Source: Oceanispirochaeta sp. | GTDB lineage: Bacteria; Spirochaetota; Spirochaetia; DSM-2461 | Direction: 5' to 3' | DNA length: 64,000 nucleotides | Assembly (NCBI GenBank): GCA_963666275.2 | Contig: CAXXOA010000002.1 | Coordinates: forward strand, 672,001-736,000 | Shown here: in pieces, positions 30,456 to 41,634 of the stretch | Layout of the letters: every line of letters starts with the position of its first letter | How positions within the stretch are numbered: the first letter of the stretch is position 1 | The notes under the pieces: generated by a model | The model's database searches: none | Seen by the model: only the letters and a program-made list of their open reading frames with translations | What the model was told of the DNA's origin: nothing | Made by a program: the position numbers and the translations under genes

Positions 30456-31784
30456 TCAGTCTCCCATGACTCTGTTCCGTCCCTCCTTTTTTCCCCGGTA
30501 GAGGTTCTTGTCCGCCCTGTCAATCAGCTCATCAATGTTCCAGTCAGGCTGAGACGACGCTACTCCGATTGTCATGGTTACGGAAAGGGAATGTTCTTCG
30601 TATATAAACACACTGGATTCTATGGCTGACCGTATTTTTTCAGCTGCGGTCAGAGCATCCCGGCTATCCGAATTTGTGATAAGGCAAAGGAACTCTTCTC
30701 CTCCCCAGCGGGAGGCTTTGTCTTCCTTGCGGATATTCTGCTGCAGTATCCGAGCGACTTCTTTTATGACAAGATCCCCCGCATCATGGCCGTAGGAATC
30801 ATTGACGGATTTGAAGAAATCAATGTCTCCCAGGAGGATGCTGAAGGGCTTTCCTGTTCGTAGAAAACGGGCTTTTTCATCCTCCAGGTAATCATACATG
30901 GCTCTTCTGTTGTACAGCATGGTCAAATGATCGGTGTAGGCCATTTCCTTTATCCTGTTAAAGGCTACCCGCAGCTGATCATTGGAATCTTTCAGTGTTG
31001 TAATATAGGCAGATATAACTTTGTTAATCCTCATTTCGAACAGGGTAACAAGTAACGTCAGAATGAGAAAAGACACGAGAATTGTCCTTGCTATCTGTGA
31101 GATTGTTTTTCTGTTGGTTTGAACCATTCTGATACTTTCCGATTTAACCAGAGCATCCACATCATCCAGATAAACCCCGGTTGATACAACCCAGTTGTAT
31201 GGTTTGTACAATTTTCCATAGGACATTTTTTTAGCCACAATGTCGGAATCGACTTTTCTGAAAAAATAGGTGTTATATGTCTCTCCGAAAGCATTGATTC
31301 CATTCAGTTCCTCCAGGTAGGGGAAATTGCCGTTGTTATCAATTGTATCTGTTGAAAGATACTCTCCCTCTGTTTCTCTCAGGTTCGGATGGACGAAGCG
31401 TATGGCATAATTCTCTCCTCCGCTATAGTTCAGTATCTCGTTTATCCAGATATAACCGTTCCGGGGCAGCTCCGTATTATGGATTAACTCCTTTACTGCG
31501 CTTCGGAACATTCTATCAAAATCATCCTCATTTCCGTATGTACCATATAAGCGTAGGATTTTCTCAAGTTCAGAAATTGTACTGATTGTCTGCAGGACTG
31601 TGGATCTGATCTGGTTTTGTTTCTGATACAGGATCCCCTGTTCCAGCTGATCCAGTTTTCTCCTGTATTCTCTTTGAATGTTCAGATAAATGGGGATGCA
31701 GAGCAGTGATGTTACAGAGACAATAAAAAACAGTGCACCGATATAATAGGTCCGTCTGAGTTTTGCCTTTCCAATTTTATCCAT
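30456..31784 (-). CDS. Cache-sensor diguanylate cyclase
   Basis: GYIWIN...HP...G Cache region between 2 TMs; DIDFFKSVNDSYGH, RKED I-site, GGEEF. Confidence 0.92.
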   Translation of the reverse strand: MDKIGKAKLRRTYYIGALFFIVSVTSLLCIPIYLNIQREYRRKLDQLEQGILYQKQNQIRSTVLQTISTISELEKILRLYGTYGNEDDFDRMFRSAVKELIHNTELPRNGYIWINEILNYSGGENYAIRFVHPNLRETEGEYLSTDTIDNNGNFPYLEELNGINAFGETYNTYFFRKVDSDIVAKKMSYGKLYKPYNWVVSTGVYLDDVDALVKSESIRMVQTNRKTISQIARTILVSFLILTLLVTLFEMRINKVISAYITTLKDSNDQLRVAFNRIKEMAYTDHLTMLYNRRAMYDYLEDEKARFLRTGKPFSILLGDIDFFKSVNDSYGHDAGDLVIKEVARILQQNIRKEDKASRWGGEEFLCLITNSDSRDALTAAEKIRSAIESSVFIYEEHSLSVTMTIGVASSQPDWNIDELIDRADKNLYRGKKEGRNRVMGD

Positions 31785-32090
31785 TGATCCTGAACCTTTG
31801 TAATCTACTGATAATAGGATCTATTCAATCACGAATAGAAGGTTGACTCAATTATTAGAGTTTTTACGGTCTACACCCATAATTATAGATTCCATGGAAT
31901 AGAGAAATCTAGCGGAATTCCTGTAACGTTCACTGCAGGATCAGGGAAAAAAATTAAGTGTCTCCTTTCAGATCAGTCCCATCCGGAAGTTCTGGCAATT
32001 CAGAGCTGGAAACATTACTCTTAAACTAAGGTTTATGCCATTTTGTATAAACACGGGAATCACAACAGAAGCCGGAAAAGGAGATCTTTT

Positions 32091-33020
32091 ATGGCAGGAA
32101 AAAATCAGATTGTTCCCCATCTATGGTTTGATACCAGGGCTATTGAAGCTGTGGAGTTCTATTGTTCTGTCTTTCCCGATTCAGGAATTCTGAAACAGAG
32201 AGTTATTCCGGACACTCCCTCGGGTGACTGTGACTATCTCACGTTTGAACTCTGGGGGCAGAGGTTTGAAGCCATCAATGCGGGCCCGGAATTTTCTATT
32301 AATCCCTCTATTTCCATGATGGTGAATTTTGATCCTCTTTTTTTCGGACAGGATAAGAACCCAGAACTGGCCGCCCGGGAAAAGCTGAACGAAATCTGGT
32401 CGTCTCTCAGTCGGGATGGTCAGGTCCTTATGGAACTGGGACAGTACGATTTCAGTCCCCTTTACGGATGGATACAGGATCGTTACGGTATGTCCTGGCA
32501 GTTGATCCTGACAGAACCGGGGGGAGACCCCAGACCGCCTGTTATGCCTTCCATGCTTTTTGTAGGGGATAACTGCGGAAAAGCAGAAGAAGCCGGGGCA
32601 TTTTACCGCTCTCTTTTTTCTGACTCCGAAGAGGGAATGCTTGTAAAATATCCTGCTGCAATGGGGCCTGATTCGGAAGATACAGTTATGTTTTCAGATT
32701 TCAGACTGGGAGATACATGGATAACTGCTATGGACAGCGCCTATGATCATCAGTTTCAATTCAATGAGGCACTGTCTTTCATTGTCTACTGCAAAGATCA
32801 GGATGAGGTCGATTATTACTGGAGCCAGCTTTCAGCGGATCAGGAAGCCGAGCAGTGCGGCTGGGTCAAAGACAAATACGGCGTTTCCTGGCAGATCATC
32901 CCCACGGAACTGAATACCCTGATGGAATCGGGGAGTGAAAGCCAGAACAAAGCCGCAATAAAAGAGCTGCTGGAGATGAAGAAGATTGATATTTCAGTCA
33001 TCAGAAAAGTCTATGACTAG
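32091..33020 (+). CDS. VOC-family protein (tandem PhnB/3-demethylubiquinone-9 methyltransferase-like domains)
   Basis: IVPHLWFD..A.EA..FY, D.YG.SWQ twice, EQCGWVKDKYGVSWQI; AAGGAG RBS. Confidence 0.88.
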   Translation: MAGKNQIVPHLWFDTRAIEAVEFYCSVFPDSGILKQRVIPDTPSGDCDYLTFELWGQRFEAINAGPEFSINPSISMMVNFDPLFFGQDKNPELAAREKLNEIWSSLSRDGQVLMELGQYDFSPLYGWIQDRYGMSWQLILTEPGGDPRPPVMPSMLFVGDNCGKAEEAGAFYRSLFSDSEEGMLVKYPAAMGPDSEDTVMFSDFRLGDTWITAMDSAYDHQFQFNEALSFIVYCKDQDEVDYYWSQLSADQEAEQCGWVKDKYGVSWQIIPTELNTLMESGSESQNKAAIKELLEMKKIDISVIRKVYD

Positions 33021-33120
33021 AGGACGTTCTGTTTTCATTTCCAGAGGGTTCCGAGCTGCCTTCTGGATTTTTCCGGGGGAAAAAGTATACATTAGTTAGA
33101 TACTCACAATAGGAGAGAAT

Positions 33121-33657
33121 ATGAAAGAAAAAAAAGGCCGGCCCAGAGTCCTCTCGTATGAGGATTTTCCCGGAGCGGATAAGGGAACATCCTGGATGGT
33201 CGGTATGCTGCTGGAGCTGGGTGAGCGGACCTATGACCAGGTGGAACATCTCGATGATCAGGCTCTGGATTTCAAATCAGAAGGTTCCTATCTGATCACA
33301 TCTGTCCTCCTGCTCCATCTGGTGCAGGCCGAATTGAATCTGTTCGGATTCATGGTGGCTGATTTTGAAATGCCCGAATATGCCCATGAAGTAGCCAATA
33401 CAGCTTCTACAGATCTTTCATCAAGGAAAGGGGCCGGCAGAAGATCGGTTGAGATCCTTGAAATGCATCTGAAGTTTCGCCATGAGTTTCTGAGGCAGTA
33501 TTGTGGGGGGGAAGGTTTTTTTGATAAACCCTCTCTCAATCCGAAATTCAAAACCTGCCGGGATGTCATGGGGCACCTGATCTGGCACTGGGCCAATCAT
33601 AGCGGTCATATCGGAGAAATTACCCTGAATGCAGGATACGAATACACCTGGCAGTAA
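33121..33657 (+). CDS. DinB-like protein
   Basis: LLLHLVQAE and HLIWHWANHSGHI metal-binding histidines. Confidence 0.7.
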   Translation: MKEKKGRPRVLSYEDFPGADKGTSWMVGMLLELGERTYDQVEHLDDQALDFKSEGSYLITSVLLLHLVQAELNLFGFMVADFEMPEYAHEVANTASTDLSSRKGAGRRSVEILEMHLKFRHEFLRQYCGGEGFFDKPSLNPKFKTCRDVMGHLIWHWANHSGHIGEITLNAGYEYTWQ

Positions 33658-33747
33658 ACACTCTGATGAATCGGGGCGTGAGGGTCATAGCAAAGCTCTT
33701 CCGGGGGTGAAAAAGATTCCTCTTTCAGTCCTCAGAAAAGCCTTTTG

Positions 33748-34995
33748 CTAAAGGGATTTCTGTTTTCTCTTCTTATCCTTCTTCGGCTTTTTCGCTTTAA
33801 AGGGTCTGGTATCCAGTTTCGATTCAGGGAGGGGCGGATCCAGCTGGAATCCCTCTGTTTCCACTCTGGGAATTATCTGTTTCGTGAGACGCTCTATGTC
33901 TTTCAGGCTGTCAAATTCTTCAGGACTCACAAAGGAGAGGGCTTCTCCTACCTGGCCGGCCCGGCCGGTTCTTCCGATTCTGTGAATGTAGTCTTCTTTC
34001 AGGTGGGGCAGGTCGAAGTTAATGACAAGGGGCAGCCCGTCTATGTCGAGTCCTCTGGCTGCCAGGTCTGTGGCGACAAGAATCGACGCCTTATCTTTTT
34101 TGAATTCGGCCAGGGCCCGGGTTCTGGCTCCCTGGCTTTTATCTCCATGGATCGCCTGGGCAATATATCCTGCATGGATGAGCTTTATTACAAGCCGGTC
34201 CGCCCTGTTTTTTGTTTTCACAAATATCAGAAATTTGAGCCAGCCCTTTTCCTGCATCAGTTCCAGAAGGAGCTCGGTTTTCCTTTCATGGGCTACAGGG
34301 AACACTGACTGTTTCACCGCTTCCAGTGTCACTTCTTCAGGAATAACAGATACTTCCAGGGGATCCTGCAGTAATTCTTTTGCCAGACCGCTTACTTCAT
34401 CAGACAGTGTGGCAGTGAACATCATGGTCTGCCTTTGGCGGGGAACTAAATGGAGGATCTCATTGACCTCATCCTGAAAACCCAGATTCAGCATCCTGTC
34501 GGCTTCGTCAAAAACAAGCACTTCCAGCCTGGAAAACTGCACTGCATTTTTCCTGTAAAGATCCAGGAGCCTGCCGGGGGTGGCAACCAGAATATCCACG
34601 CCTCTGCTCAGGCGGATCATCTGAGGATTGATCTTGACCCCTCCGTAGGCTACGGTGGACCGGATTTTGAGGTAGCGGCTGTAATTGACTGTGCTTTCAT
34701 AGACCTGAGCCGCCAGTTCCCTAGTGGGGACCAGGATGAGAGCCCTGATCTGATTGGGAGAGGCTTTCCCTTTTCTGTTGAGAATCTCCAGAACAGGGAG
34801 CATAAATGCCGCGGTTTTACCCGTCCCGGTCTGGGCTGTTCCCAGGATATCCCGGCCTGCCAGTACCGATGAAATAGTCTGGTCCTGAATCGGTGTGGGT
34901 TTTCTATAATTAAGGGCCTTCAGGGCTTTGAGTATGGGATCCGACAACCCTGTGGAGGCAAAGCCGGGGGAATTGGAATTTTCATTATTTATCAA
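33748..34995 (-). CDS. DEAD-box RNA helicase, RhlE-like
   Basis: AQTGTGKT, PTRELA, DEAD, HGDKSQ, ARGLD, HRIGRTGR; probable TTG start 34995 with GGAG RBS. Confidence 0.92.
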   Translation of the reverse strand: MINNENSNSPGFASTGLSDPILKALKALNYRKPTPIQDQTISSVLAGRDILGTAQTGTGKTAAFMLPVLEILNRKGKASPNQIRALILVPTRELAAQVYESTVNYSRYLKIRSTVAYGGVKINPQMIRLSRGVDILVATPGRLLDLYRKNAVQFSRLEVLVFDEADRMLNLGFQDEVNEILHLVPRQRQTMMFTATLSDEVSGLAKELLQDPLEVSVIPEEVTLEAVKQSVFPVAHERKTELLLELMQEKGWLKFLIFVKTKNRADRLVIKLIHAGYIAQAIHGDKSQGARTRALAEFKKDKASILVATDLAARGLDIDGLPLVINFDLPHLKEDYIHRIGRTGRAGQVGEALSFVSPEEFDSLKDIERLTKQIIPRVETEGFQLDPPLPESKLDTRPFKAKKPKKDKKRKQKSL

Positions 34996-35020
34996 TGTCT
35001 GTTCTCCGGGATACTTGTGA

Positions 35021-36397
35021 TTAAAAATGACGCCTGACTTTAAACTGCCGGCCTTTGATCTGGCCGTTCTCAAGCAGCTGCCGGGCTTTCTCGGCTGATT
35101 CGGATTCTACCGCAACAAAGGTAATATAATCCTGGCGATCAATTTTTCCAATGGCCGTTCCGGCAATACTGCCGTCGGCTGTCAGGGCTCCGAGAAGATC
35201 TCCCGGGCTGATTTTATTTTTCCGCCCTCCATTGATGGAAAGAGTGACCATGGAGGCCGGAGGATACACCGGGCTCTGAGGATCATTTTCAGGGAGCTCT
35301 TCTATTATATACCGGCTATAAAGAAAACTGTTGATGAGATCCAGACGAAACTGCTCTCTGGCTCCCAAAAGGGAAAAGGCATGCCCTTCCAGACCCGCCC
35401 TGCCTGTTCTGCCGATGCGATGGATGTAGTTTTCTGTTTCAAAGGGCATATCATAATTGATGACGGCCCCCAGTTCCCTGATATCCAGGCCTCTGGCAGC
35501 CACATCCGTGGCAATGAGGATTCTGACGCTGCCGTTGGAAAAACGGGTGAGCACCTCGGTCCGTTCTTTCTGCTCCAGGTCCCCGTGCAAAGCCAGGCAG
35601 GATAAACCGGTATCCTGAAGATCCCGGGCGATAGTCCGGCAGGCCTCTTTGGTATTGCAGAAAATCAGTACCGATTCGGGCTGATTCTTTTGAAGGATAC
35701 GAAGGACGGCCTGACTCTTTTCTCCCCTCCCTGCCCTGTAGAACCTCTGAGTAATGGCAATATCATCACCCTGAGACTCCACTTCGATCTCTCTGGGATC
35801 CTCCTGGAGTTCTCTGCTCAACGCTCTGATCTCTTCGGGAAAGGTTGCGGAGAAACAGAGAATCTGGGTTTTTTCCGGTACAAAATCGAAAATATCATGG
35901 ATTTCATCGATAAAACCCATATCAAGCATCCGGTCGGCTTCGTCCAGAACAACAGATTTTAAATCATCCAGCACAAGACTCCCCCTTCGAAGCAGCTTGT
36001 GCACCCTTCCGGGGGTACCTACGACAATATGGGCCTGATGACTGAGGGAGTGCTCCTGCTGGTAATGGGGAATCCCTCCTGTTATGGTCACAACCTTGAT
36101 GTTATGACGGAACCGGGCGAGTCGGCGCATCTCCCGGGAGACCTGATCGGCCAGTTCCCGGGTGGGGCAGAGAATCAGGTTCTGGACCCGGAATCGTTTT
36201 ACATCCAGGTTTTCCAGGATACCGATACTGAAGGCAGCGGTCTTCCCGCTCCCTGTTTTTGCCAGAGCCAGGATATCTTTCTTTTTGATTATGGGGGGAA
36301 TACTGACCTCCTGGATCGGGGTCATATGTTTATATTCGAGTTTATTAAGGTTCTCCAGCATTTCCGGAGAGAGCGACAGGGCGCTGAATGGTTTCAT
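35021..36397 (-). CDS. dbpA: ATP-dependent RNA helicase DbpA
   Basis: DEAD core plus C-terminal GGRKNKISPGDLLGAL...IGKID DbpA RNA-binding domain. Confidence 0.9.
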   Translation of the reverse strand: MKPFSALSLSPEMLENLNKLEYKHMTPIQEVSIPPIIKKKDILALAKTGSGKTAAFSIGILENLDVKRFRVQNLILCPTRELADQVSREMRRLARFRHNIKVVTITGGIPHYQQEHSLSHQAHIVVGTPGRVHKLLRRGSLVLDDLKSVVLDEADRMLDMGFIDEIHDIFDFVPEKTQILCFSATFPEEIRALSRELQEDPREIEVESQGDDIAITQRFYRAGRGEKSQAVLRILQKNQPESVLIFCNTKEACRTIARDLQDTGLSCLALHGDLEQKERTEVLTRFSNGSVRILIATDVAARGLDIRELGAVINYDMPFETENYIHRIGRTGRAGLEGHAFSLLGAREQFRLDLINSFLYSRYIIEELPENDPQSPVYPPASMVTLSINGGRKNKISPGDLLGALTADGSIAGTAIGKIDRQDYITFVAVESESAEKARQLLENGQIKGRQFKVRRHF

Positions 36398-36671
36398 TCC
36401 CGGGACACTATCATGGATGGGTAAAATTAAGCAATGGAAGAGTTTATTCTTTTCTTAATTCTTTGAACATTGAAGGCGGCCTGCCCAGCCTGTCCGTTCC
36501 GGAATGATGGATTTCCCACAGGATCTATTCACTTTACCTTTAAGGTCTTGTTTATTATTTTTGTAATATAAAGGTTTTGATTTATTACATGGGAAAGACA
36601 GGCTGTCATTTCCTGGCGATGTTTTTCCCATGGTAGATATAATGCCGGAAAAAATTCGTAAGGAGATATGT

Positions 36672-37559
36672 ATGAATGCTAAACAGCTTGAAAATATGAA
36701 AAGCGGTAAAGGTTTTATCGCGGCCCTCGATCAAAGCGGCGGGAGCACTCCCAAGGCCTTAACGGCTTATGGTATCACCCCCGAGTCCTATGATTCGGAT
36801 AAAAAAATGTTCGAACTCGTTCATGAAATGCGCACCCGGATTATTAAAAGCTCTGCCTTTACAAGTGATAAAATTCTGGGAGCCATTCTTTTTGAGCGCA
36901 CGATGGATAGTCCTGTGGATGGCAGATTTACAGCCGACTATCTCTGGGATGAGAAGGGGATTGTTCCTTTTCTGAAAATTGACAAAGGTCTGGCTGAGCC
37001 TGAGCAGGGAGTCCAGGTTATGAAGCCTATTCCGGGGCTGGAGGATCTGTTAACCCGGGCTCTGGAAAGGAATATTTTCGGAACAAAGATGCGTTCTATG
37101 ATCAAGGAGTATAATCCTGATGGTATTGGCAGAATTGTAGACCAGCAGTTTGAGTTAGGGCAGATAATCGCTGATCGGGGCCTTGTGCCTATTATTGAAC
37201 CGGAAGTGGATATTCACAGTGCTGAAAAGGACAAGTGCGAGACACTTCTGCTGGAGAAGATCCTTATGAAACTTGAGACCTGGGAGAGCGGGAAACCAGT
37301 GATATTTAAACTGACCATTCCCTCAAAACCGGATTTCTATCTTCCCCTGATTGATCACCCTAAGGTCACTCGTGTCGTTGCCCTGTCCGGAGGGTATTCC
37401 AGGGAAGATGCCAACAGGAAGCTTTCTGAAAATACCAGGATGATTGCCAGTTTTTCACGGGCTTTAGTCGAAGGCTTATCCTATCAGATCACGGATCGGG
37501 AATTTGATTCCATACTGGAAAGCTCGATAAGCTCCATTTATAACGCATCAATAGTATAG
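36672..37559 (+). CDS. class I fructose-bisphosphate aldolase
   Basis: GFIAALDQSGGSTPKAL, PFLKIDKGL, FGTKMRS, VVALSGGYSR. Confidence 0.93.
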   Translation: MNAKQLENMKSGKGFIAALDQSGGSTPKALTAYGITPESYDSDKKMFELVHEMRTRIIKSSAFTSDKILGAILFERTMDSPVDGRFTADYLWDEKGIVPFLKIDKGLAEPEQGVQVMKPIPGLEDLLTRALERNIFGTKMRSMIKEYNPDGIGRIVDQQFELGQIIADRGLVPIIEPEVDIHSAEKDKCETLLLEKILMKLETWESGKPVIFKLTIPSKPDFYLPLIDHPKVTRVVALSGGYSREDANRKLSENTRMIASFSRALVEGLSYQITDREFDSILESSISSIYNASIV

Positions 37560-37642
37560 AATGTTTCAGGTATGCAGCCCTGCGGGAAAGGGCTGCTTAT
37601 GAGTCTTTTTTTTCGAGCCCCCGGAGCTAATCGAAGAATGGA

Positions 37643-38368
37643 TCAATCTAGCGCAAAATCCGTATCCATGGTCTGAATGGTTTTCATGGAAATCCGGAAA
37701 TGATTTCTTACCAACTCAATAGCAACTTCTTCATTACCGACATTCAATGCCTTGAGTATATCCAGGTGTTCCTGATAGCTGTTGGGCGTAATTTTTTTCT
37801 GGGTATTTTTCATGCTGAATAACAGGAGATGGGTAAGGTGTTTGAACATATAATTCAGAACATCATTATTCATCAGAGCTACCAGACCTTTATGGAACTC
37901 CAGGTCCAGTTTTCTGTACTCTTCCAGATACTCTTCAGAGGATTTTGTTGACATCTCTGTGACAATCGCCTTGAGACTTTCCAGTCCCGGATAATCCGGA
38001 GATTCAATAAAACTTCTAATAGCCTGAATCTCGATCAGTTCTCTGGTTCTGAACAGATCCATGAGTATTTTCTTATTCTGAGGCAACTCGTAGGAAATGG
38101 ATTCGGTTAAAGAATTGAGATAAAAATCCAGTTTCTGCTTCCTTACAAAAACGCCTCTGCCATGTTCGATGGAAACAAGGCCTTTCATTTCGAGGAGCTT
38201 CAGAGCTTCTCTCATAATTCTCGATCCTACATGAAACTGTTCTGCCAATTCAGTCTGAGGGGGGAGTCTGTCGCCTTCTTTGTATTTATCAGAAAGAACC
38301 ATTTTTTCCAGTTCTGATTCAACATAGGCAGCTTTACTTTTTTGTGCGAAAGGATCTGCTTGTATCAT
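37643..38368 (-). CDS. GntR/FadR-family regulator
   Basis: GDRLPPQTELAEQF.VGS..MREALK.LE..GLV....GRGVFV plus FCD; start set to ATG 38368. Confidence 0.9.
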   Translation of the reverse strand: MIQADPFAQKSKAAYVESELEKMVLSDKYKEGDRLPPQTELAEQFHVGSRIMREALKLLEMKGLVSIEHGRGVFVRKQKLDFYLNSLTESISYELPQNKKILMDLFRTRELIEIQAIRSFIESPDYPGLESLKAIVTEMSTKSSEEYLEEYRKLDLEFHKGLVALMNNDVLNYMFKHLTHLLLFSMKNTQKKITPNSYQEHLDILKALNVGNEEVAIELVRNHFRISMKTIQTMDTDFALD

Positions 38369-38441
38369 GAATATGATTATACCCATAAAAAAGAATTTTA
38401 TGTCAACATTTATTGAAAAAAGGTGACAACTATAAAAATAA

Positions 38442-38459
38442 AGATGACATGTGACATCT
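38442..38459. promoter_or_regulatory. candidate FadR operator AGATGACATGTGACATCT
   Basis: Near-palindrome in the divergent gntR/dctP spacer. Confidence 0.45.
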
Positions 38460-38709
38460 ATTAAAAAATAGTTGACATAACTTGGCAAGTGGCTTTAATA
38501 TTCCCTCAGTTGTTTGGAAATGCAATAAACAGCATTCACTTGGGATCATAAAGATCCTGTTGAAAAACTGTTCCGGTCAGCTCCTGATATGTCCGAGAAA
38601 AAGGGGGTTGAATTACGGAATAGGAATTCAAATGGGATACGCTGAAATCAGGTTAATTTTTTTTATTGCAGATTGAAAATTGTTAATCAAAACAGGAAAG
38701 GAGACAATA

Positions 38710-39756
38710 ATGAAAAACAGAACAAACATTTTATTTATCGCCGTTATTTTGCTCTCATGCAGTGTGATTTTTGCTCAGGGCGGCCAGGATGGCGCTTCCG
38801 GAGATACCTCTTACAGTGCAGAGAAACCCCTTGTAATGCAGATTGGTAATGGTGTGGATGATATGAACCCCCAGACCATCGCTCTGAAAAATTTCGGTGA
38901 AGCCCTCAAAAGTGAAACAGAAGGCCGTGTAGACTATGAACTTTTCTCCAACTGTACTCTCGGGTCAGATGAGGAAATGGTAGAAATGGTCAGAACAAAT
39001 ACACTGCAGATGACCGAAGCCAACCTGACAATCAAAGACTACGTTCCTCAGATGTACGCATTCGGCCTGCCCTTCCTTTTTCACAGTTATGCTGATGCCT
39101 ATGACTATCTGTCAAACTCCGACACCGCAAAAGGGATCTGGGCAAAACTGGAAAGTGATATGAATATGCGGAAAGTGGCCATTTATCTGAATGGAGCCCG
39201 TGCTCTGACAACCAAAGACATTGAAGTCAAAGGCCCTGCTGATCTGGATGGTATTAAAATCCGTTCCATGACTTCTGCTGTTTCTCAGGATACAATCCAG
39301 GCTCTGGGCGGAACACCCGTTCCCATGTCCTATTCAGAATTGTATGTTGCCCTGCAGACAGGAGTTGTCTCCGGTCAGGACAATGGTCTTTCCAATGTTT
39401 ACTCCTCCAAGTTCTACGAAGTTCAGAACAGATTCTATAAAACCGAGCATGGCTATACCATCAATGTTGTTTATGTAAACCCCAGTTTCTATAACACTCT
39501 GACTGCTGAAGATCAGGCCATTTTTGACAAGCTGGCGAAAGAGTATCTTGAAGATCAGTATTCAGCGGACATGGATCTGTACTATGCGGAAGCTGAGAAA
39601 TCTCTGAAGAATGCAGGGATGAAAATTGTTGAACAGAAAGATATGGATATGCAGTCTTTCTTTGACAGTGCCTATGAAATGATCAATGCAAAATATACAA
39701 CCAATCAGGTGTATCTTGATATTGTGAACGATGTAAAAGATTTCTGTAACTATTAA
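38710..39756 (+). CDS. dctP: TRAP transporter substrate-binding protein
   Basis: Signal peptide; DLDGIKIRSM, ALGG.PVPM.YSELY.ALQTGVV.GQDN. Confidence 0.92.
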   Translation: MKNRTNILFIAVILLSCSVIFAQGGQDGASGDTSYSAEKPLVMQIGNGVDDMNPQTIALKNFGEALKSETEGRVDYELFSNCTLGSDEEMVEMVRTNTLQMTEANLTIKDYVPQMYAFGLPFLFHSYADAYDYLSNSDTAKGIWAKLESDMNMRKVAIYLNGARALTTKDIEVKGPADLDGIKIRSMTSAVSQDTIQALGGTPVPMSYSELYVALQTGVVSGQDNGLSNVYSSKFYEVQNRFYKTEHGYTINVVYVNPSFYNTLTAEDQAIFDKLAKEYLEDQYSADMDLYYAEAEKSLKNAGMKIVEQKDMDMQSFFDSAYEMINAKYTTNQVYLDIVNDVKDFCNY

Positions 39757-39829
39757 TCAAAAAGAATAATATTTGAAGCGCTCTTTTCTGTTGTCACAAC
39801 AGGAAGAGCCGCTTCAGGGAGTTTTCTCT

Positions 39830-40315
39830 GTGACTAACAAAATAAAATATATCTGGGACAATCTGGAAAGATATCTTATGATCTTTTTCTTCATTGTATT
39901 TTTTCTGAATGTCTTCATGCAGATAGCATCCAGAGTTTTTTTCAACAATCCCTTCAGATTTACCGAAGAACTGTCCCGTTATTGTTTTGTCTGGATGGTT
40001 TTCCTTGGAATGTCTTTCGGTACAAGGTACAACAAACATATTAAAATTGATGTTGTTGTCTCTATGATGCCTGAAATGGTTCGTCTCATTATTAACATAT
40101 TTATTGATATTCTTACTCTTGCCGTATTTACTTGGATAATTTTTCAGGGACTGGAATACGTACAGTACTCCAGCACTAATAACATATATACATTGCCGAT
40201 CAATAAGGGCGTTATTGTCTCTATACTCCCCATCACCGGGCTCCTCGTCGTGATCCGCTGCCTGGAAAAAATATACATTGATTTCAAAAAATACACTAAG
40301 GGAGCACAGTCATGA
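39830..40315 (+). CDS. dctQ: TRAP transporter small permease
   Basis: QI.SR..FN.P..FTEELSRY.FVW.VFLG...HIKID; GTG start after GGAG. Confidence 0.9.
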   Translation: MTNKIKYIWDNLERYLMIFFFIVFFLNVFMQIASRVFFNNPFRFTEELSRYCFVWMVFLGMSFGTRYNKHIKIDVVVSMMPEMVRLIINIFIDILTLAVFTWIIFQGLEYVQYSSTNNIYTLPINKGVIVSILPITGLLVVIRCLEKIYIDFKKYTKGAQS

Positions 40316-41598
40316 GTCTATTGGTTGTTTTCCTGATTATTTTTCTGGTGCTGCTTGTTATCGGCGCCCCTATTTATCTCTCCCTCCTGTCTTCCAGTCT
40401 TGTCTACTGTTTCATGCGAGGCGGTATTAATCCTTTGATGATTATGCAGAAGATGTTTACAAGTCTGGACAATTTTGTGCTCCTGGCGATCCCCATGTTC
40501 ATGCTTGCAGGTATTCTTATGAATGCAGGGGGCGTTACAAACCGGATCTTCTACTTCTGTAAATCCCTGGTGGGCCATCTGCCAGGCGGTCTGGCTCATG
40601 TAAATGTTCTGGCCAGTTTTATCTTCTCCGGTATGTCCGGCTCAGCCCTCGCCGACGTGGGCGGACTGGGACAGGTTGAAATGAAGGCCATGGAAGATGA
40701 AGGATACGATGATTTCATTACCCTTGGTGTGACTGCGGCCTCCTCGACTATGGGACCGATTGTTCCGCCTTCCATACCCATGGTGCTCTACGGTGCCGCT
40801 GCCAGTGTCTCCGTAGGAGCTCTGTTCAGTGCCGGATTAATCCCCGGGATCGTCATCGCCATCATTCTCTGTGTCATCATTGCTGTGGTGGCCAAAAAGA
40901 AGAACTTTCCTGTTCATGAAAAAGCGACCTTCAGAGAAGTGGTAAGAAGATATAAAAGCGGGTTCTGGGCTCTTCTGATGCCCTTTGTTATTATGGGCGG
41001 TATCTGGTGCGGGTATTTTACTCCCACCGAAGCTGCCTGTGTCAGCATTGTTTATGTACTTATCATCCAGATCTTTATATATAAGGAACTGAAGTTCAAG
41101 CAGATTCCCCAGGCTATCTCCAGTATGGTTGTAAGCATTGTTCCCGCCCTTGCTATTGTTTCTTCAGTTGCCCTGTTCGGCTGGGTCCTTCAGTTTGAGC
41201 ATCTGGGACAGATTATTCTCAACGGGATCCTTTCCATCTCTCACAACAGGAATGTGGTTCTGCTTCTGATCAATATCATTCTGCTCTGTATGGGATGCTT
41301 CCTGGACTCCACAGCGGTTATTCTGATGTTCATTCCCATGTTCCTTCCCCTGGTAAAGGTGGTGGGGATCAATGAAATCCACCTGGGAGTGATTGTTGTA
41401 TTAAACCTTATGATCGGTCTGATGACTCCTCCTGTCGGTCAGTCCCTCTATATGATGGCAAGTGTGACAAACAAGGAATTCGGCCATGTTGTGAAAAGCA
41501 CATGGAAATGGCTTATTCCGCTTTTTCTCTCCCTGCTTGTTATCACCTATTGTCCCGATCTGGTCCTCTGGCTTCCCAGAACCCTGGGCCTTATCTAA
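40312..41598 (+). CDS. dctM: TRAP transporter large permease
   Basis: LAIPMFMLAG.LM, SGMSGSALAD, IVPPSIPM, FTPTEA, TPPVG. Confidence 0.93.
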   Translation: MSLLVVFLIIFLVLLVIGAPIYLSLLSSSLVYCFMRGGINPLMIMQKMFTSLDNFVLLAIPMFMLAGILMNAGGVTNRIFYFCKSLVGHLPGGLAHVNVLASFIFSGMSGSALADVGGLGQVEMKAMEDEGYDDFITLGVTAASSTMGPIVPPSIPMVLYGAAASVSVGALFSAGLIPGIVIAIILCVIIAVVAKKKNFPVHEKATFREVVRRYKSGFWALLMPFVIMGGIWCGYFTPTEAACVSIVYVLIIQIFIYKELKFKQIPQAISSMVVSIVPALAIVSSVALFGWVLQFEHLGQIILNGILSISHNRNVVLLLINIILLCMGCFLDSTAVILMFIPMFLPLVKVVGINEIHLGVIVVLNLMIGLMTPPVGQSLYMMASVTNKEFGHVVKSTWKWLIPLFLSLLVITYCPDLVLWLPRTLGLI

Positions 41599-41634
41599 CA
41601 ACTTCCAATTACTGTGAATGAAAGGATTGATTCA

